Assembly: GCF_009914755.1 (NCBI RefSeq)
Contig: NC_060928.1
DNA length: 64,000 bases
Source of the DNA: the human T2T-CHM13v2.0 reference genome, Homo sapiens
Direction: 5' to 3' (one strand)
Shown: piece by piece, positions 34,123 through 54,820 of the stretch
Layout: each line of letters starts with the position of its first letter
Numbering within the stretch: the first letter of the stretch is position 1
The notes under the pieces: model-generated
What the model saw: the letters and a program-made list of their open reading frames with translations, nothing else
Databases searched by the model: none
Told to the model about the DNA's origin: nothing
Position numbers and translations under genes: made by a program

Positions 34123-34550
34123 GAAAGCAGTATATTTTTCAAGTGCTGAAAGAGAAAAAACTGCCAACCCAGACTCCTATACCCAGTGAAAATATCAAAA
34201 TATTCTCAGATGAATGAAAACTAAAAGATTTTGTTGCAGCAGATCTACTCTAAAAGAATAGCTAAAGGAATTTCTCTAAATAGAAAAAAAAGAAATCTTT
34301 AAATATGAGGAAAAAAGAACACAGTGAGAAAAATATAAGTAAATACAATGAACTTTTTTTCTTCACTTCAGGTTTCTAGACTGTTTGATGGTGGAAACAA
34401 AACTTATACTCAAATGTGATTCTAAATGTAAGTAGCAGAAATATTAAGATGACTAAATTACTTGTATGGGAGAGTAAAGGGAAGTTATGGGAGCTAATGT
34501 TTCTATACTTCACTCAAACAGTTAAAATTACATCAGTAGATTGAGATAAG

Positions 34551-34670
34551 TTATTACATGTTATTACATATATATGTATACATATTATATGTAAATGTAT
34601 ATTACATATTATATATATGTAATATGTATTACATAATATATGTATACAACATATATAAGTTGTTATAAGT
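34551..34670. repeat. AT-rich (TA)n-like low-complexity repeat
   Basis: ttattacatatatatgtatacatattatatgt... Confidence 0.75.
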
Positions 34671-34729
34671 AATATCTAGTGTAACTACTGAAAAAACAAT
34701 ATAAAAAGATACATTTAAAAACACTGTTA

Positions 34730-35032
<303 letters not shown>

Positions 35033-35228
35033 CTATTACATACATCAAATGAAATTCTAAAAAGAAGTTCAAGTAACTCACAGAAAGACTGGATAAAAGA
35101 AACACATAAATGAAAAACAGAGGCTACAAACACAAAACAAAAATTAAAATAGTTGGCTGGTATCCAAATATATCAAAAGTTTTGTTAAATGATCTAAATA
35201 TAACAAGCAAAAACAAACTGGCAGAATT

Positions 35229-41370
<6,142 letters not shown>

Positions 41371-41508
41371 ATAAGATATTTATACATGTTCATATGTATA
41401 GTATATAAAAACCAATCAACAATAGTAGACAATGACTGAAGTACTAAAATGAAGTAGATAAGGCTTTTCATGGATTTATGACACCATTTTTATACTTGGC
41501 CTCAAATC

Positions 41509-41827
<319 letters not shown>

Positions 41828-42569
41828 TAATGTTACAACTTACTCAATCATTTATTGATTGCTGTACTCAGTTCACTAGTACATCTTAAAAGTGTCAGGG
41901 CACATCTCCTACTCTCAAAGAATTTACAGTCTAGTGGAGGAAGGAGACATGTAAACAATTATAGTATAGTGTTCTGGCATTTTAATAGAAGTTGTAAAGT
42001 GAAGAGCAGTTCAGTGAGGATGGAGGACAATATAAGGGAGAGAAGCTTTGTAGAGGTTCCAAAGTAAGAGACAACAACTTTCTTTCCTAGAAGTGAGAAC
42101 CCTACCTTAAGCTAGCTTAAGAAGGAAATCATGTTTTTATTTAAGCCCAATGTCTATTTATTTTTAATAACAGATAACTTTCACATGATTGAAAATTCAA
42201 AATACTCAAACTGATATTTGTAGTAAGACATCTCCCTCCTGCCTCCATCCTCATTCATTTGACTAACTTCTCACTGTGTCTCCAGTCACCCAGCACTCCA
42301 CTACAGAGGCAGCTAATGCCATCAGTGTAAGAGGTAGCTAATGTAATCAGTGTCTTAAACATTCTCCAGATATATTTAATGTGTCATAAGCAAATGTGAA
42401 TATAGTTTCCCCCTTTTTTGCAAATGTTTTTACTAAGCCAATGACAGTGTTCAAAACATTCCACAGAGTCTAGAGATCCCCATGCCCTCTTCCAGCTTCA
42501 CCCTCTCTGTCTTAGTCAAGTAGCCTCACTTCACTCACCGATCCTGCCCTGGCAGCATCCATCACCATG

Positions 42570-43060
42570 TGTTCATTCAACAAATATCTCTTGAATGCCG
42601 GGAGTGCCTGGCAATGGGGACGCAGCAGTGAATAAATCAGATAAATATCCCTGCTCTCGTGGAACTCCCTAGTGGAGAGTTCTCTCCATAGCTCTCTAGT
42701 AGAGGAAGAAACCAAAATACAACATAAATATTAATATATTAGAAAGTGGTAAGTGCTATGGAGGAAAAAAAAATGAAATAGGGAAGGGGACATGAAGTGC
42801 TAAGATGGACAGGAAAGGCCCCACTAAGAAGGAAAAAGGGAAATGGTGCCAAGTGTGTATCTGCAGGAATAATGATCTGAGTCAGAGGAACTTTAAGAGC
42901 CAAAGCCCGGAGGCAGGACCCAGCACGTCCAATTGGAAGGACAGCAAGGAAGCTTATGTGGCTGCAAAGAAGAAAAGAAGAGACACAGTCAGAGGGGACC
43001 AGGAAGCCAGATGGCACATAATATTGTAGGCCATTGTGAGGTCTTGGCTTTCACCAAAAG
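42570..43060 (-). mobile_element. L2 3' fragment
   Basis: ttcattcaacaaatat...ccctgctctcgtggaact...aggaagcttatgtggctgc. Confidence 0.65.
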
Positions 43061-43903
43061 GCATACAGAGAGCAATGGGAGAGAAAGATACTGAACCCAG
43101 CAGAACCAGCAACACTGCAGGTGCAGGGTTAGCGCAGAGCCAGAAGCACCAAGCGCAGATGTAGTAAATGCAAGTAGGGCATCAGGTGAAGGTTATTTAA
43201 GGACCTAAAAATGGTTAGAGATAGTGGAGCCAGGCGGGGCACAGAATAAAAACCCATTTCAACAGGAGGAAAACATAAAAGCAGAAAAGATTCTGCCTAC
43301 TTCTTGTTGAAATACTCCACATAATCCAGAGAACAACAGACAAGGACTGGAAGGCCATGTTAAAATGCATTTTAAGTTCTCAATTTCTCATTTGCATTGG
43401 CAGTAACTTCAATTGCTATAATTATAAACAGCCTTTTATAAAAATTGGCAGTAACTTCAATTGCTATAAACAGCCTTTTATAAAAATTATCTTAGCAAAT
43501 AAATTTTGACTATCAAAGCTTACTGTTTTTTAAAGACTTTTCCATTGCAGGCACATTTGTTGCCAAGCACTTATTTGTTTTGCCTTTTAGTACTAACATT
43601 TCTATCCTTACTCTCATTTCATTGAGAAGTTTCTGGTAGGTTTGGTCGAAGGTAGTAGTTATTATTGTTTTGATAGACATATAAATTGTGCTAGGAAAGT
43701 TGTGATTTATTTCAATTCTTCTTTTGCAGATAAATTAATCAACATAATTCCCTCAGTCTTCCAAGCAATTGAAAAAAACTACCATTTTTCTCCCAGTTAT
43801 TGCTTTAGACCTCTATTTGTTTATAATTTTCTCACCACCTATCGCTTTATCTTTTACAACCTGACTTCTGGTTTCACTATTTCACCAAACTTGCTATCTC
43901 TAA

Positions 43904-44246
<343 letters not shown>

Positions 44247-45109
44247 TTTTTGAATGGCACTCAAAGCTCATAATCTATGATAACACTCACTCATAGTCTA
44301 ATGAGAAGAAAAGGACAACGAATGAAGGCAAAGACCATGGAGACAAAATATGTATACATGAACATAGCCTAAGTGAGAGGCAGAGCTGAGTCACAGCAGG
44401 GGCTCAGTTAGGAACGATTTTTATTTTAAACCCAAGAAAAGCCTTAGGAGTCATTTAGGCCAATGCCCTCATTTTATAAGATGAAATAATGAGGTGTAAA
44501 AAATGTGTCATGAAGACTTTGTCTGCAAGTGATAGAAAACAGCAACTAAATTTGGCTTAAACAACAGGAAATATATTCTCCCATACAACATGACGTCCAA
44601 ACATCGTGCATCAAGGAGCTTATAGCTGCTCCTCTCTGCAGTTCTCTTGGCAAGGCCACCTTCCACGTGTTAGCATTAACTTCCAGATGTGAGCAAGATA
44701 GCTGCAGCAGTTATCAGACTCAATATGTCTGACATATTGGTCACATCTGGAAGAATATTTCTATTGGGTCTCTTGTCAGTAGCAAAGAAACCTGACCAAG
44801 AAGCCCTAAGACTTTCTCTCTTGTCACTTGCCCATTTCTAAAGCATCACTGCCAAGGGAAATGAGATTCCAAGATTGGCTTAGCCTTGGTCTAAGCTTGT
44901 AATAGAATCAGTGCTGGGGAGTCAAGGTTAAATAAAGTGACTATAATCAAAACATTACTTATAGGACTGAAATACTTTTATACCTATGTTTGTTCTACTA
45001 CACTTCTAAAAATTTGCTTCTTTACCTCTGTCCAATGATGGGCTCTTCTTTCTTTTAGCAAACTCCTCTGGGGAGCTTACTTATTTTTTTGGTAATTACC
45101 TTAGGTTTC

Positions 45110-45365
45110 TGTGGAAGTGGCACAGGGTAATGGTAAACACTAATTTTAGAGCCAGGCTGCCTGGGTTCAAATATAGGCCTCCACCAAGTCTAACTGTATG
45201 CGTTACCTTAGGCATGTTATTTAACTTCCTTCGTCTTCTATAAACGGGGACGCTAAGAGAATCCACCTCATAGAGATATTGTGAGAAGTACGTAAGTTAA
45301 TATGTATTAAGTGCTCAGAATGATGCCTGTTACACAAAAGGTCCTCTGTAAGTGTGTGCTATTAC
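45110..45365 (+). mobile_element. MIR
   Basis: gagccaggctgcctgggttcaaat...ccttaggcatgttatttaac... Confidence 0.7.
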
Positions 45366-45813
45366 TAAGGGGCATCTACTATTTTTGCATGTCCAGCATC
45401 TGTTCCCCCATCTTCTGATAAGTGTTTCCATTTTCCTTTGAAGAACCACCCCTCCGCCATGCCATATGATATTAGCATAATTCTAGTCAGTATAAACAGC
45501 TCCCAACCCACACTGGGCAAAAGGTGGGCACAATGGCCAAGAAAAGTCAGTCTTACCATTTCCCCCAGAATCTGAATCTTAAGGAGAAGGACTCAAAGAA
45601 AACAGTTAAAATTCAGTCTCTCTAATGTCAATGCCTTAAACAGGTTTTTCCTGAGCCTCTGCTTCCTATATTCCTAGAACTATTTTGTCCTTTCAAAAAT
45701 CTGATTAATAATCCTTCCTTTCATTCTTTTAGCTACCCAATACCCTTTAAAAACCCTTTATTGCTTAAATTAGCCAAAATTGATTTCCATTGTTTGTATA
45801 ATCACTATGTTGA

Positions 45814-46351
<538 letters not shown>

Positions 46352-47839
46352 TAACAACATCTACCTCATTAGGATACTGTAAAGCTTAATTTCCCAAACG
46401 TAAAATGCTTGGAAGTGTATCTAGCTCATCATAACTCCCAAAAAATGTGAACAGAGCAGATGACAGAAGTGGTCCAATGAGGTCATCTCTCACTGACGTC
46501 AGGCCCTGACCATTTTTTGTTTCTATACTTTGGTTCACATCAACCCCCTCCTCTTTTCTAAGTCATTCAAGACATAATTAAAGCAGTGCCACTTCCTCAA
46601 GGTCTACATTGATCTACAAAGACTACATTAACCTGATACTTGTAGAAATTATACTCCATAGCAGATACATTAATCTTAACTTCATATCATTTCTATTCTT
46701 TTCAAATTATGCTTGGGTATAAATCATGACTCCCCAACAAAAAGAGTGTTTGAATAATAATATATTATTTTATGTCGTTCCTGTTAGTTAACCTAGAGTA
46801 AGGCTCACAGTTAAGTCCTTAATAATTAACTTCTGAATGGCTCTCTGAACAGTTAAATGTGTTTCCAATCACATTACTTCTGGGTTTGTAGAGCTGCAAG
46901 CCTTTAGGCCTATGCTTTTATTGTATGTGTAAACACACCAAATGGACAAAAGTCTAGAACTTCCCATTTTCTTCCCACATTGACCCACAAACATTGGGTA
47001 TCCAATAAGTATTCTTAAATATCTACAAAAAGGCTAAAAACTTCAGGAGCTACATATACTAATTATATTAATAAATATGGGAGGAAATTCCAAATGCATC
47101 TGCTACAGTGAAGATTTAAAACTATAATACTGAAAGATCCTGTTTTATTTAAAAATATAATACATGAAAATAAAAAACAGATACACTTACATACTTTTTT
47201 CCCTTCTAATACTTTTATTTTTTCAAACAAGAGTAATTCCCAAGAGAATTGTTAATGAAGGACAAAGTTGAGAAAGTGACTATCATATATTTTCATTGTC
47301 ATTTCTGGAGAAATTCTTATTTTTTAAACTCTGCATAACAACGTACATAATCTTCTCTCTTTGATTCCTCTAAGCATGTGAAAAAAAATATACTTAGAAA
47401 TAAAAACTTCTGTTGATATCCACAGGTATATCATCTAATATAAAAAGATGGCATGGTTTCATTGCTGTTTGAGTTGCTTTTTAGTGATGTGAAAAAGTCA
47501 ACTGGGAAAAAGAAACTGAGGAAGACTAGACTCAATTCCATGTGAAACTATCTGTGAAATGGAGATACATAAACTGATTCACTTAACCAATCCTGGGAAC
47601 AAGCTTATATTACATGTAAATGACAGTTCTATAAAATTCCATACTTTCTGGATTATTATGTTTAGTGGATGTGGTTATTTCAAAATTAAGAAAAAATGCT
47701 TTTTGCTAAATGCTACCCACTGTGAAATTTTCAACCAGACCAATTCTTCATTGCTTTTTTCCTATGGGAATACTCAGTCTAGGAGAAAAAGAAAGGGGAA
47801 GACAGAGAAAGATAAGATGACAAAAACTATATATCTTAC

Positions 47840-48008
47840 CTGGATTGTGAAAGACAGCCTGGTGCAACCACATTATAATTTTCCTCCTCAGTATGGAGTG
47901 CAGTGAGCGCTATCATGTTAACCATCACATCATTTGTGTGGCCTGGGAGCTGGGGAAGTGCTGAAATGATCTTCTCTACTAAGTTGTCTCCATGATGTCC
48001 AACTGCTC
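47840..48008 (-). CDS. SCFD2: SCFD2 exon 2 (169 nt)
   Basis: Acceptor ttaaacAG|GAGC (AG at 48010-48009), donor TCCAG|GTAAGA. Continues the exon 1 frame as (G)AVGHHGDNLVEKIISALPQLPGHTNDVMVNMIALTALHTEEENYNVVAPGCLSQS; ends in phase 2. Confidence 0.94.
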
Positions 48009-48265
48009 CTGTTTAAGCAGACAAGATGATGTAAATTCATAAAATGGGAGGAAAAAGCAAGTTGGATAAATGTTTTATCACACACCTTCTATCAAAAATA
48101 ACATACATTTTTAGTTTCTGTTCAACAAAACTCACATTTTGCCCTTCATACAGCTAATCACATTCACAATCACCTAGTCAACATGTACCTCACAGGTTGT
48201 AATTAAGGCTCCATGAGGGCAGAACTCATGTCTGCTGTGGCTAGTACTGTATCCCTAGCACCTAG

Positions 48266-49873
48266 CGTGTCTGGAATTGGTGAGTTCTTGGTCTTGCTGA
48301 CTTCAAGAATGAAGCCGCAGACCCTCAACGGTGAGTGTTACAGTTCTTAAAGATGGTGTGTCCGGAGTTTGTTCCTTCTGATGTTCGGACATGTTCAGAG
48401 TTTCTTCCTTCTGGTGGGTTCGTGGTCTCGCTGGCTTCAGGAGTGAAGCTGCAGACCTTCGCGGTGAGTGTTACAGCTCTTAAGGCAGCGCGTCTGGAGT
48501 TGTTCGTTCCTCTCCTCTGGGGTTGTTCATCCCTCCCAGTGGGTTCGTGGTCTCACTGGCCTTAGGAGTGAAGCTGCAGACCTTCACCATGAGTGTTACA
48601 GCTCATAAAGGCATGCACGGACCCAAACAGTGAGTAGCAGCAATATTTATTGCAGAGAGCAAATGAACAAAGCTCCAACAGTGTGGTAAGGGACCCAACC
48701 AGGTTGCCACTGCTGTCTCGGGCAGCCTCCTTTTATTCCCTTATCTGACCCCACCCACATCCTGCTGAGTGGTCCGTTTTACAGAGAGCTAATTGGTCCA
48801 TTTACAGAGAGCTGATTGGTCCATTTTGCAGAGAGCTGAGTGGTCCATTTTGACAGGGTGCTGATTGGTGCATTTACAAACCTTGAGCTAGACACAGAGT
48901 GCTGATTGGTGCATTTACAATCCTTTAGCTAGACACGAAAGTTTTCCAAGTCCCCACTAGATTAGCTAGACACAGAGCACTGATTGGTGCATTTACAAAC
49001 CTTGAGCTAGACACAGGGTGCTGATTGGTGCATTTACAATCCTTCAGCTAGACACAACTTTCTTCAAGTCCCCACTAGATTAGCTAGACACAGAGCACTG
49101 ATTGGTGCATTTACCAACCTTGAGCTAGACACAGGGTGCTGATTGGTGCATTTACAAACTTTGAGCTAGACACAAAGTGCTGATTGGTGCATTTACAATC
49201 CTCTAGCTAGACATAAAAGTTCTCTAAGTCCCCACCCAACTCAAGAGCCCAGCTAGCTTCGCCTAGTGGATCACGCGCCAGGGCTGCAGCTGGAGCTGCC
49301 CACCAGTCCTGCACCACGTGCCCACATTCTTCGGCCCTTGGGCCGTCGATGGGACAGGGTGCTGCGGAGCAGGGGACAGTGCCCGTTGGGGAGGCTCGGG
49401 CCCCATAGGAGCCCACAGGGGGAAGGGGTGGTGCTCGGGCATGGCGGGCTGCAGGTACCAAGCCCTGCCCCGCGGGGAGGTGGCTGAGGCCTGGCGAGAA
49501 TTCAATCGTGGTGTGGGTGGGCTGGGAGTGCTGGGGGACCCAGCGCACCCTCTGCAGCTGCTGGCCCAGGTGCTAAGCCCCTCACTGCCTGGACCGGCCG
49601 GCCACTCCAAGTGTGGGGCGCGCCGAGCCCACGCCCACATGGAACTCACACTGGCCTGCCAGCGCCGCAGTGCAGGCCTGGTTCCTGCCCGTGCCTCTTC
49701 CTCCACATCTCCCGGCAAGCCAAGTGAGCTGGCTCCGTCCTCAACCAGCCCAGAGAGGGGCTCCCACAGTGCAGCGGCAGGCTAAAGGGCTCCTCAAGTG
49801 TGGCCAGAGCAGACACCGAGGCCGAGGAGGCACTGAGAGCGAGCAAGGGCTGCTAACACTTTGTCACCTCTCA
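48266..49873 (-). mobile_element. LTR12 (HERV9) solo LTR, C/E-type, 1608 bp, sense to SCFD2
   Basis: Minus strand starts TGAGAGGTGACA and ends ...ACCAATTCCAGACACG; 4-bp TSD CTAG (48262-48265, 49874-49877); CCAAT tandem repeats; inserted in an L2 3' end (about 48200-48265 and 49874-49938). Confidence 0.93.
48765..49215 (-). repeat. LTR12 U3 tandem enhancer repeats with 9 CCAAT (NF-Y) boxes
   Basis: Repeated gctgattggtgcatttacaa...gctagacacag units; ATTGG counted 9 times between 48792 and 49187. Confidence 0.88.
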
Positions 49874-50019
49874 CTAGCACAGTGCCTACATATAGTAGGC
49901 ATCAATAAGCATTTGCTTAATGAATGAATAAATAAATAACCTGTATCTAGTCAGTCAGGTAAATAGTGTCATAAGATGATACTATCCTGAAATTTTAAAG
50001 CTGAATTTTTTTATATTCT

Positions 50020-50166
50020 TTTCTTTTTCTTCTATTTTTTTTTCTTTTTTTTAGAGGCAGAGTCTCACTCTGTTGCCCAAGCTGGAGTGCAATCATAGCT
50101 CACTGTAGCCTTGAACTCTGAGCTCAAGCAACTCTCCCACCTTAGTTTCCCAGATAGTTGAAACTA
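50020..50166 (-). mobile_element. Alu right-arm fragment (AluJ-like)
   Basis: T-rich tail plus partial monomer that ends abruptly. Confidence 0.8.
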
Positions 50167-51684
50167 TTCCCAGGATTTGAGATCCTAAATTAAGCCAATT
50201 GCTTCAAGGATTTGAGATCCTAAATTAAGCCAATTGCTTCAAGGGCTAAACTTTTCAAGTTACCGGGACCAGAAAATACCAATTCTGTATGATCCTGTGG
50301 ATTTTATGTGTGTCAGTGTCATTATCATAAGGCATGTAACATCTTCACTTGTCTTTAAGTCTTATATGGAATAAAATGAGAAGCAAGCATTGAGAAGTCT
50401 TCATAAGAGCTCAATACATATATTCCGTTAGTTCTGTCCCTCTGGAGAATCCTGACTAATATGCTTATGAAATGAACAGAGATCATTCATACCATTTTTA
50501 ACACTGTCTTGAGTAACCAGAATTGTAGTGATCTTGCAGGATCATGCAGGGGGAACCTTTCACTTACTCTACTTCATTTTTTTCTCTAGCTATTCTAGAA
50601 GATAGACATGTTAACTTATTTTACCCTCTCAGTTACTCTCTGAGGTCCTTATTTTACAGATCAGGAAACTGAGAGGCAGAAGTTAGGCAACTTGCCCAAG
50701 GACTTTTGACTAGGAAAGGGCAGAGCTAAGATTACTATAACTAAGCTCTCGTAATCTCTTTAGTAACAGTAGCTACCATATATTGAGGATCTACCTCAAT
50801 CCTCATACTCTTTACATAAATGATCCTATATAACATAAATTTGATCATATCACATCACAGCTCAAAACTCTCCAACTGATTCCCATTATACTTTGGCTAT
50901 TATTCTAAATCCTTATTTTAACCTACAAAGCATTCCCTCAACCTACCCCTCCAACTGATCTCCTATCGGTGTTCCCTCTTGCTCACAACACTTTAGCCAA
51001 ACTGGGCTCCTAGTGGTCCTCAAGCATGACACACATGCTCCCACCTTAGGCCCATTGCACTTGCCATTCCCTGGATCTTATATGTTCTATCATTAGGTAG
51101 CCACATGGTATGCTTCCTCCCTTCTTTCGGCCTCTGTTCAAATGTCGCATCCTCTCAAAACTTACTGTCTTAAAACCACATGTATTAATCTCAACTGTTT
51201 CTATGCATCCAAGAATTCAGAGTGGCTTAACTGGGTCTGACTCAGAGACTCTCATAAAATTGCAGTCAATATGTCAGCTGGGGCTGCAGTCATCTGAATG
51301 CTTGACTGGGCTGGAGGATCTATTTCTCAGATGGCTCACTCACAAAGCTATTGACAGGAGGCCTCAGTTCCTCATTGGCTGTTGAAAGGAATCCCATTTC
51401 CTCACTACATGGGCCTCCCATAGGGCTGCTTGAGTCTCTTCATGACATGGTAGCTAACTTCCCTCAGAGCCAGTGATCCAAAAGAACAAAGCAAAGAAAA
51501 AGATGCAATACCTTTTAGGACCTGGTCTTGAAAATTACACTTCTGCATTTCTGCCCTATGCTATTTTAGGGAGAAGGGGATAAGTGAGTCACTAAACCTA
51601 GCCCACACTCAAGGGCAGGGGAATTTAAACTGTATTTCTTGAAGGAAGAGGTATCAAAGAATTTGTAGACATATATAGAGAGAG

Positions 51685-52176
<492 letters not shown>

Positions 52177-52381
52177 TAGACATATTTTTAAACCACCACA
52201 CCTACCTTCATTAATATTAATAGCCCATATTATTATACTGATATTAGTAATTTGTTTACTGTCTTCATTCCCAAACAAAATTTAAACTTCCTAACTGGAA
52301 GGATTTGGATATTTTTAGCACTATTTCCCCTATTCCTTGAGTAATAGATAATATGTATTTTTGAATGAAGGAATTATTTCA

Positions 52382-52681
52382 AGCCAGGCTCGGTGGCTGA
52401 TGCCTGTAATCTCAGCACTTTGGGAGGCTGAGGTGGGAGGGTCACTTGAGGTCAGGAGTTTAAGACCAGTCTGGCCAACATGGTAAAGCCCCATCTCTAC
52501 TAAAAAATATATATATATAAATTAGCCAGGTATAGAGGTATGTGCCTATAATCCCAGCCACTCAGGAGGCTGAGGCACAAGAATCGCTTGAATCCAAGAG
52601 GCGGAGGTTTCAGTGAGCTGAGATTGAGCCACTGCATACCAGCCTGGGCAATAGTGCAAGACTCTGTCTCAAAAAAAAAAA
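52382..52681 (+). mobile_element. Alu
   Basis: Full dimer; TSD AAGGAATTATTTCA. Confidence 0.93.
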
Positions 52682-53124
52682 GGAATTATTTCATATTCTT
52701 CCCACAGGTTAGAATACAAAAACAGGTGGATATTTTTCCCTCTTTACAAATGAGAAAACCTCAACAGCTCAATGAGGGTCAAATAGCACAAAAAAAGTCA
52801 CTAAGCCAGGATGTGAGGTTATCCTGGCATGGATCTAACACCAAAAATCTAGTCAGCCTTTATATGGCTTCCCAACTGTGTCTCATACCTATTTATTTTA
52901 AATAGTATCTTCTGAACCCTGAAATAAAGATATAAGTTAGTTAGTTTGCATGTTTTGGAAAAGCAGATCGGGGAGAAAAAAAATCAGACACTTTTCTGAG
53001 CACTAAAGCAGCACTGGAGTCCAAATGTTTAGTCTCTGAAGCTGCTAACTTCCGGACACACCATATAATGATCATCTCTACTGTGCAGGACAACAGTTCT
53101 CAAACTTTTCCCACACCCACATAT

Positions 53125-53345
53125 GAGAGTAGTCACTGGAGCAAACTGCCAAGGTTCAAATCCTAGCTCTGCCACTTAACACATGTGTAATCTGAGGCAA
53201 GTTATTTAACTCCTCTGTGCTTCAGTTTCATCCGTAAAATTGGGATAATTATAATACTTATCTCAAAAATTATTGTGAAAATTAAAGGAATTTACATATG
53301 CAGAGTGCTGAGATAAACAGTTCATTTTCAAATGTTAGCCATTAC
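53125..53345 (+). mobile_element. MIR
   Basis: ggttcaaatcctagctctgccactta...ggcaagttatttaactcctctgtgcttcagtttc. Confidence 0.75.
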
Positions 53346-53508
53346 TAGTGGACTCAAATTTCAATACTTTGACAAGTAATATAAAATCACACCTTAAAGC
53401 AAATATAAACACTTCAGTGTATCATAATCCCAGGATTAAGAACCATCCACTGGAATGAGAGTTAATCTTTAATCAAAAGGATTTTAATTTAAAAGTTTGC
53501 ATGAAGCT

Positions 53509-53835
<327 letters not shown>

Positions 53836-54700
53836 TCAGAATTGAACTAAGAGAGTAAATTTAATTCCCATCGTTACCACCATCTCCTACCTTTTAATTT
53901 TGAACTTGAAAACTATTAGCAAAACACTCTAGCCAATCTCAAGAGCCAGAACATGAAAGGAAACCAAACTCAAATATTTTAGGAATTCATGAATCAAGTC
54001 TCTTTTTTAATTGTCCCTGGAAACAAATCAGAAGCCAGAATGGCCCACAGAATGCTGACTTAAATCCTCTATGCAAACATGCCTGACCCATAGGTGTCCA
54101 AACTCTGGGTAGTCTGGACATGGTCAAAGTAAGCCAGAATGAAAGAGATGGGCATCAGTGGCCATTTACTTCTCAAACAATTACAACTTTTTATATTTAA
54201 GCCCTGAGTGCTTATCAACTGGATAACCAGGAGAGAAAGGAACTTGTCTATCTTGTTTACCACTGTTTCGCTATTACCTGGAACAGTGCTTAGCACAAAA
54301 TAGGCACTCAATAAATATTTGTTAAAAAAAAAAGTACATTTAGACAAAGAAATACTACTTTCAGCAAAGATGATAACCAAAAGATGAGAAAGAAACTTGT
54401 CTACATTGTAAACATGATGTTAACAATGTCAAGTACTTCTGAATTATTTGAGGTTATTTTTGATACTGCCAATTTCACATCTAAGAAGAAATATAAATAT
54501 ATAAATTTTCTAATAGTAAATTAACAAGGCTAGCATCCAAAATATTTAGCATCTAATAACATAAATTAATATATAAATTAACGTCTAAATCAAAGACTGA
54601 AAAATGTATTTCCTTTTGGTCTCTATATTAAAATGGCTGTCAAGTCTCTTAAATTGAAATTCAAATCATTTAAGTCATTCTAACAATTTTCAAATCACCT

Positions 54701-54820
54701 CTCAGGCCTGTAATCCCAGCACTTTGGGATGCCAAGTCAGGAGGATTGCTTGAAGTCAGGTATTTGAGACCAGCCTGCGAACAAAGTGAAATCCCTGTCT
54801 TTACAAAAAATAAAACGTAA
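54701..54820 (+). mobile_element. Alu left monomer (FLAM-like)
   Basis: Single arm ending in an A-rich tract. Confidence 0.8.

Noticed and set aside
48765-49215. Repeat array that superficially resembles a CRISPR repeat-spacer array
   Set aside because: The inter-repeat sequences are themselves repeated, there are no cas genes, and it lies in the U3 of an LTR12 in primate DNA.
49207-49927. Overlapping 100-155 aa ORFs on both strands
   Set aside because: They fall in the GC-rich LTR12 U3, where stop codons are scarce; no recognisable protein.
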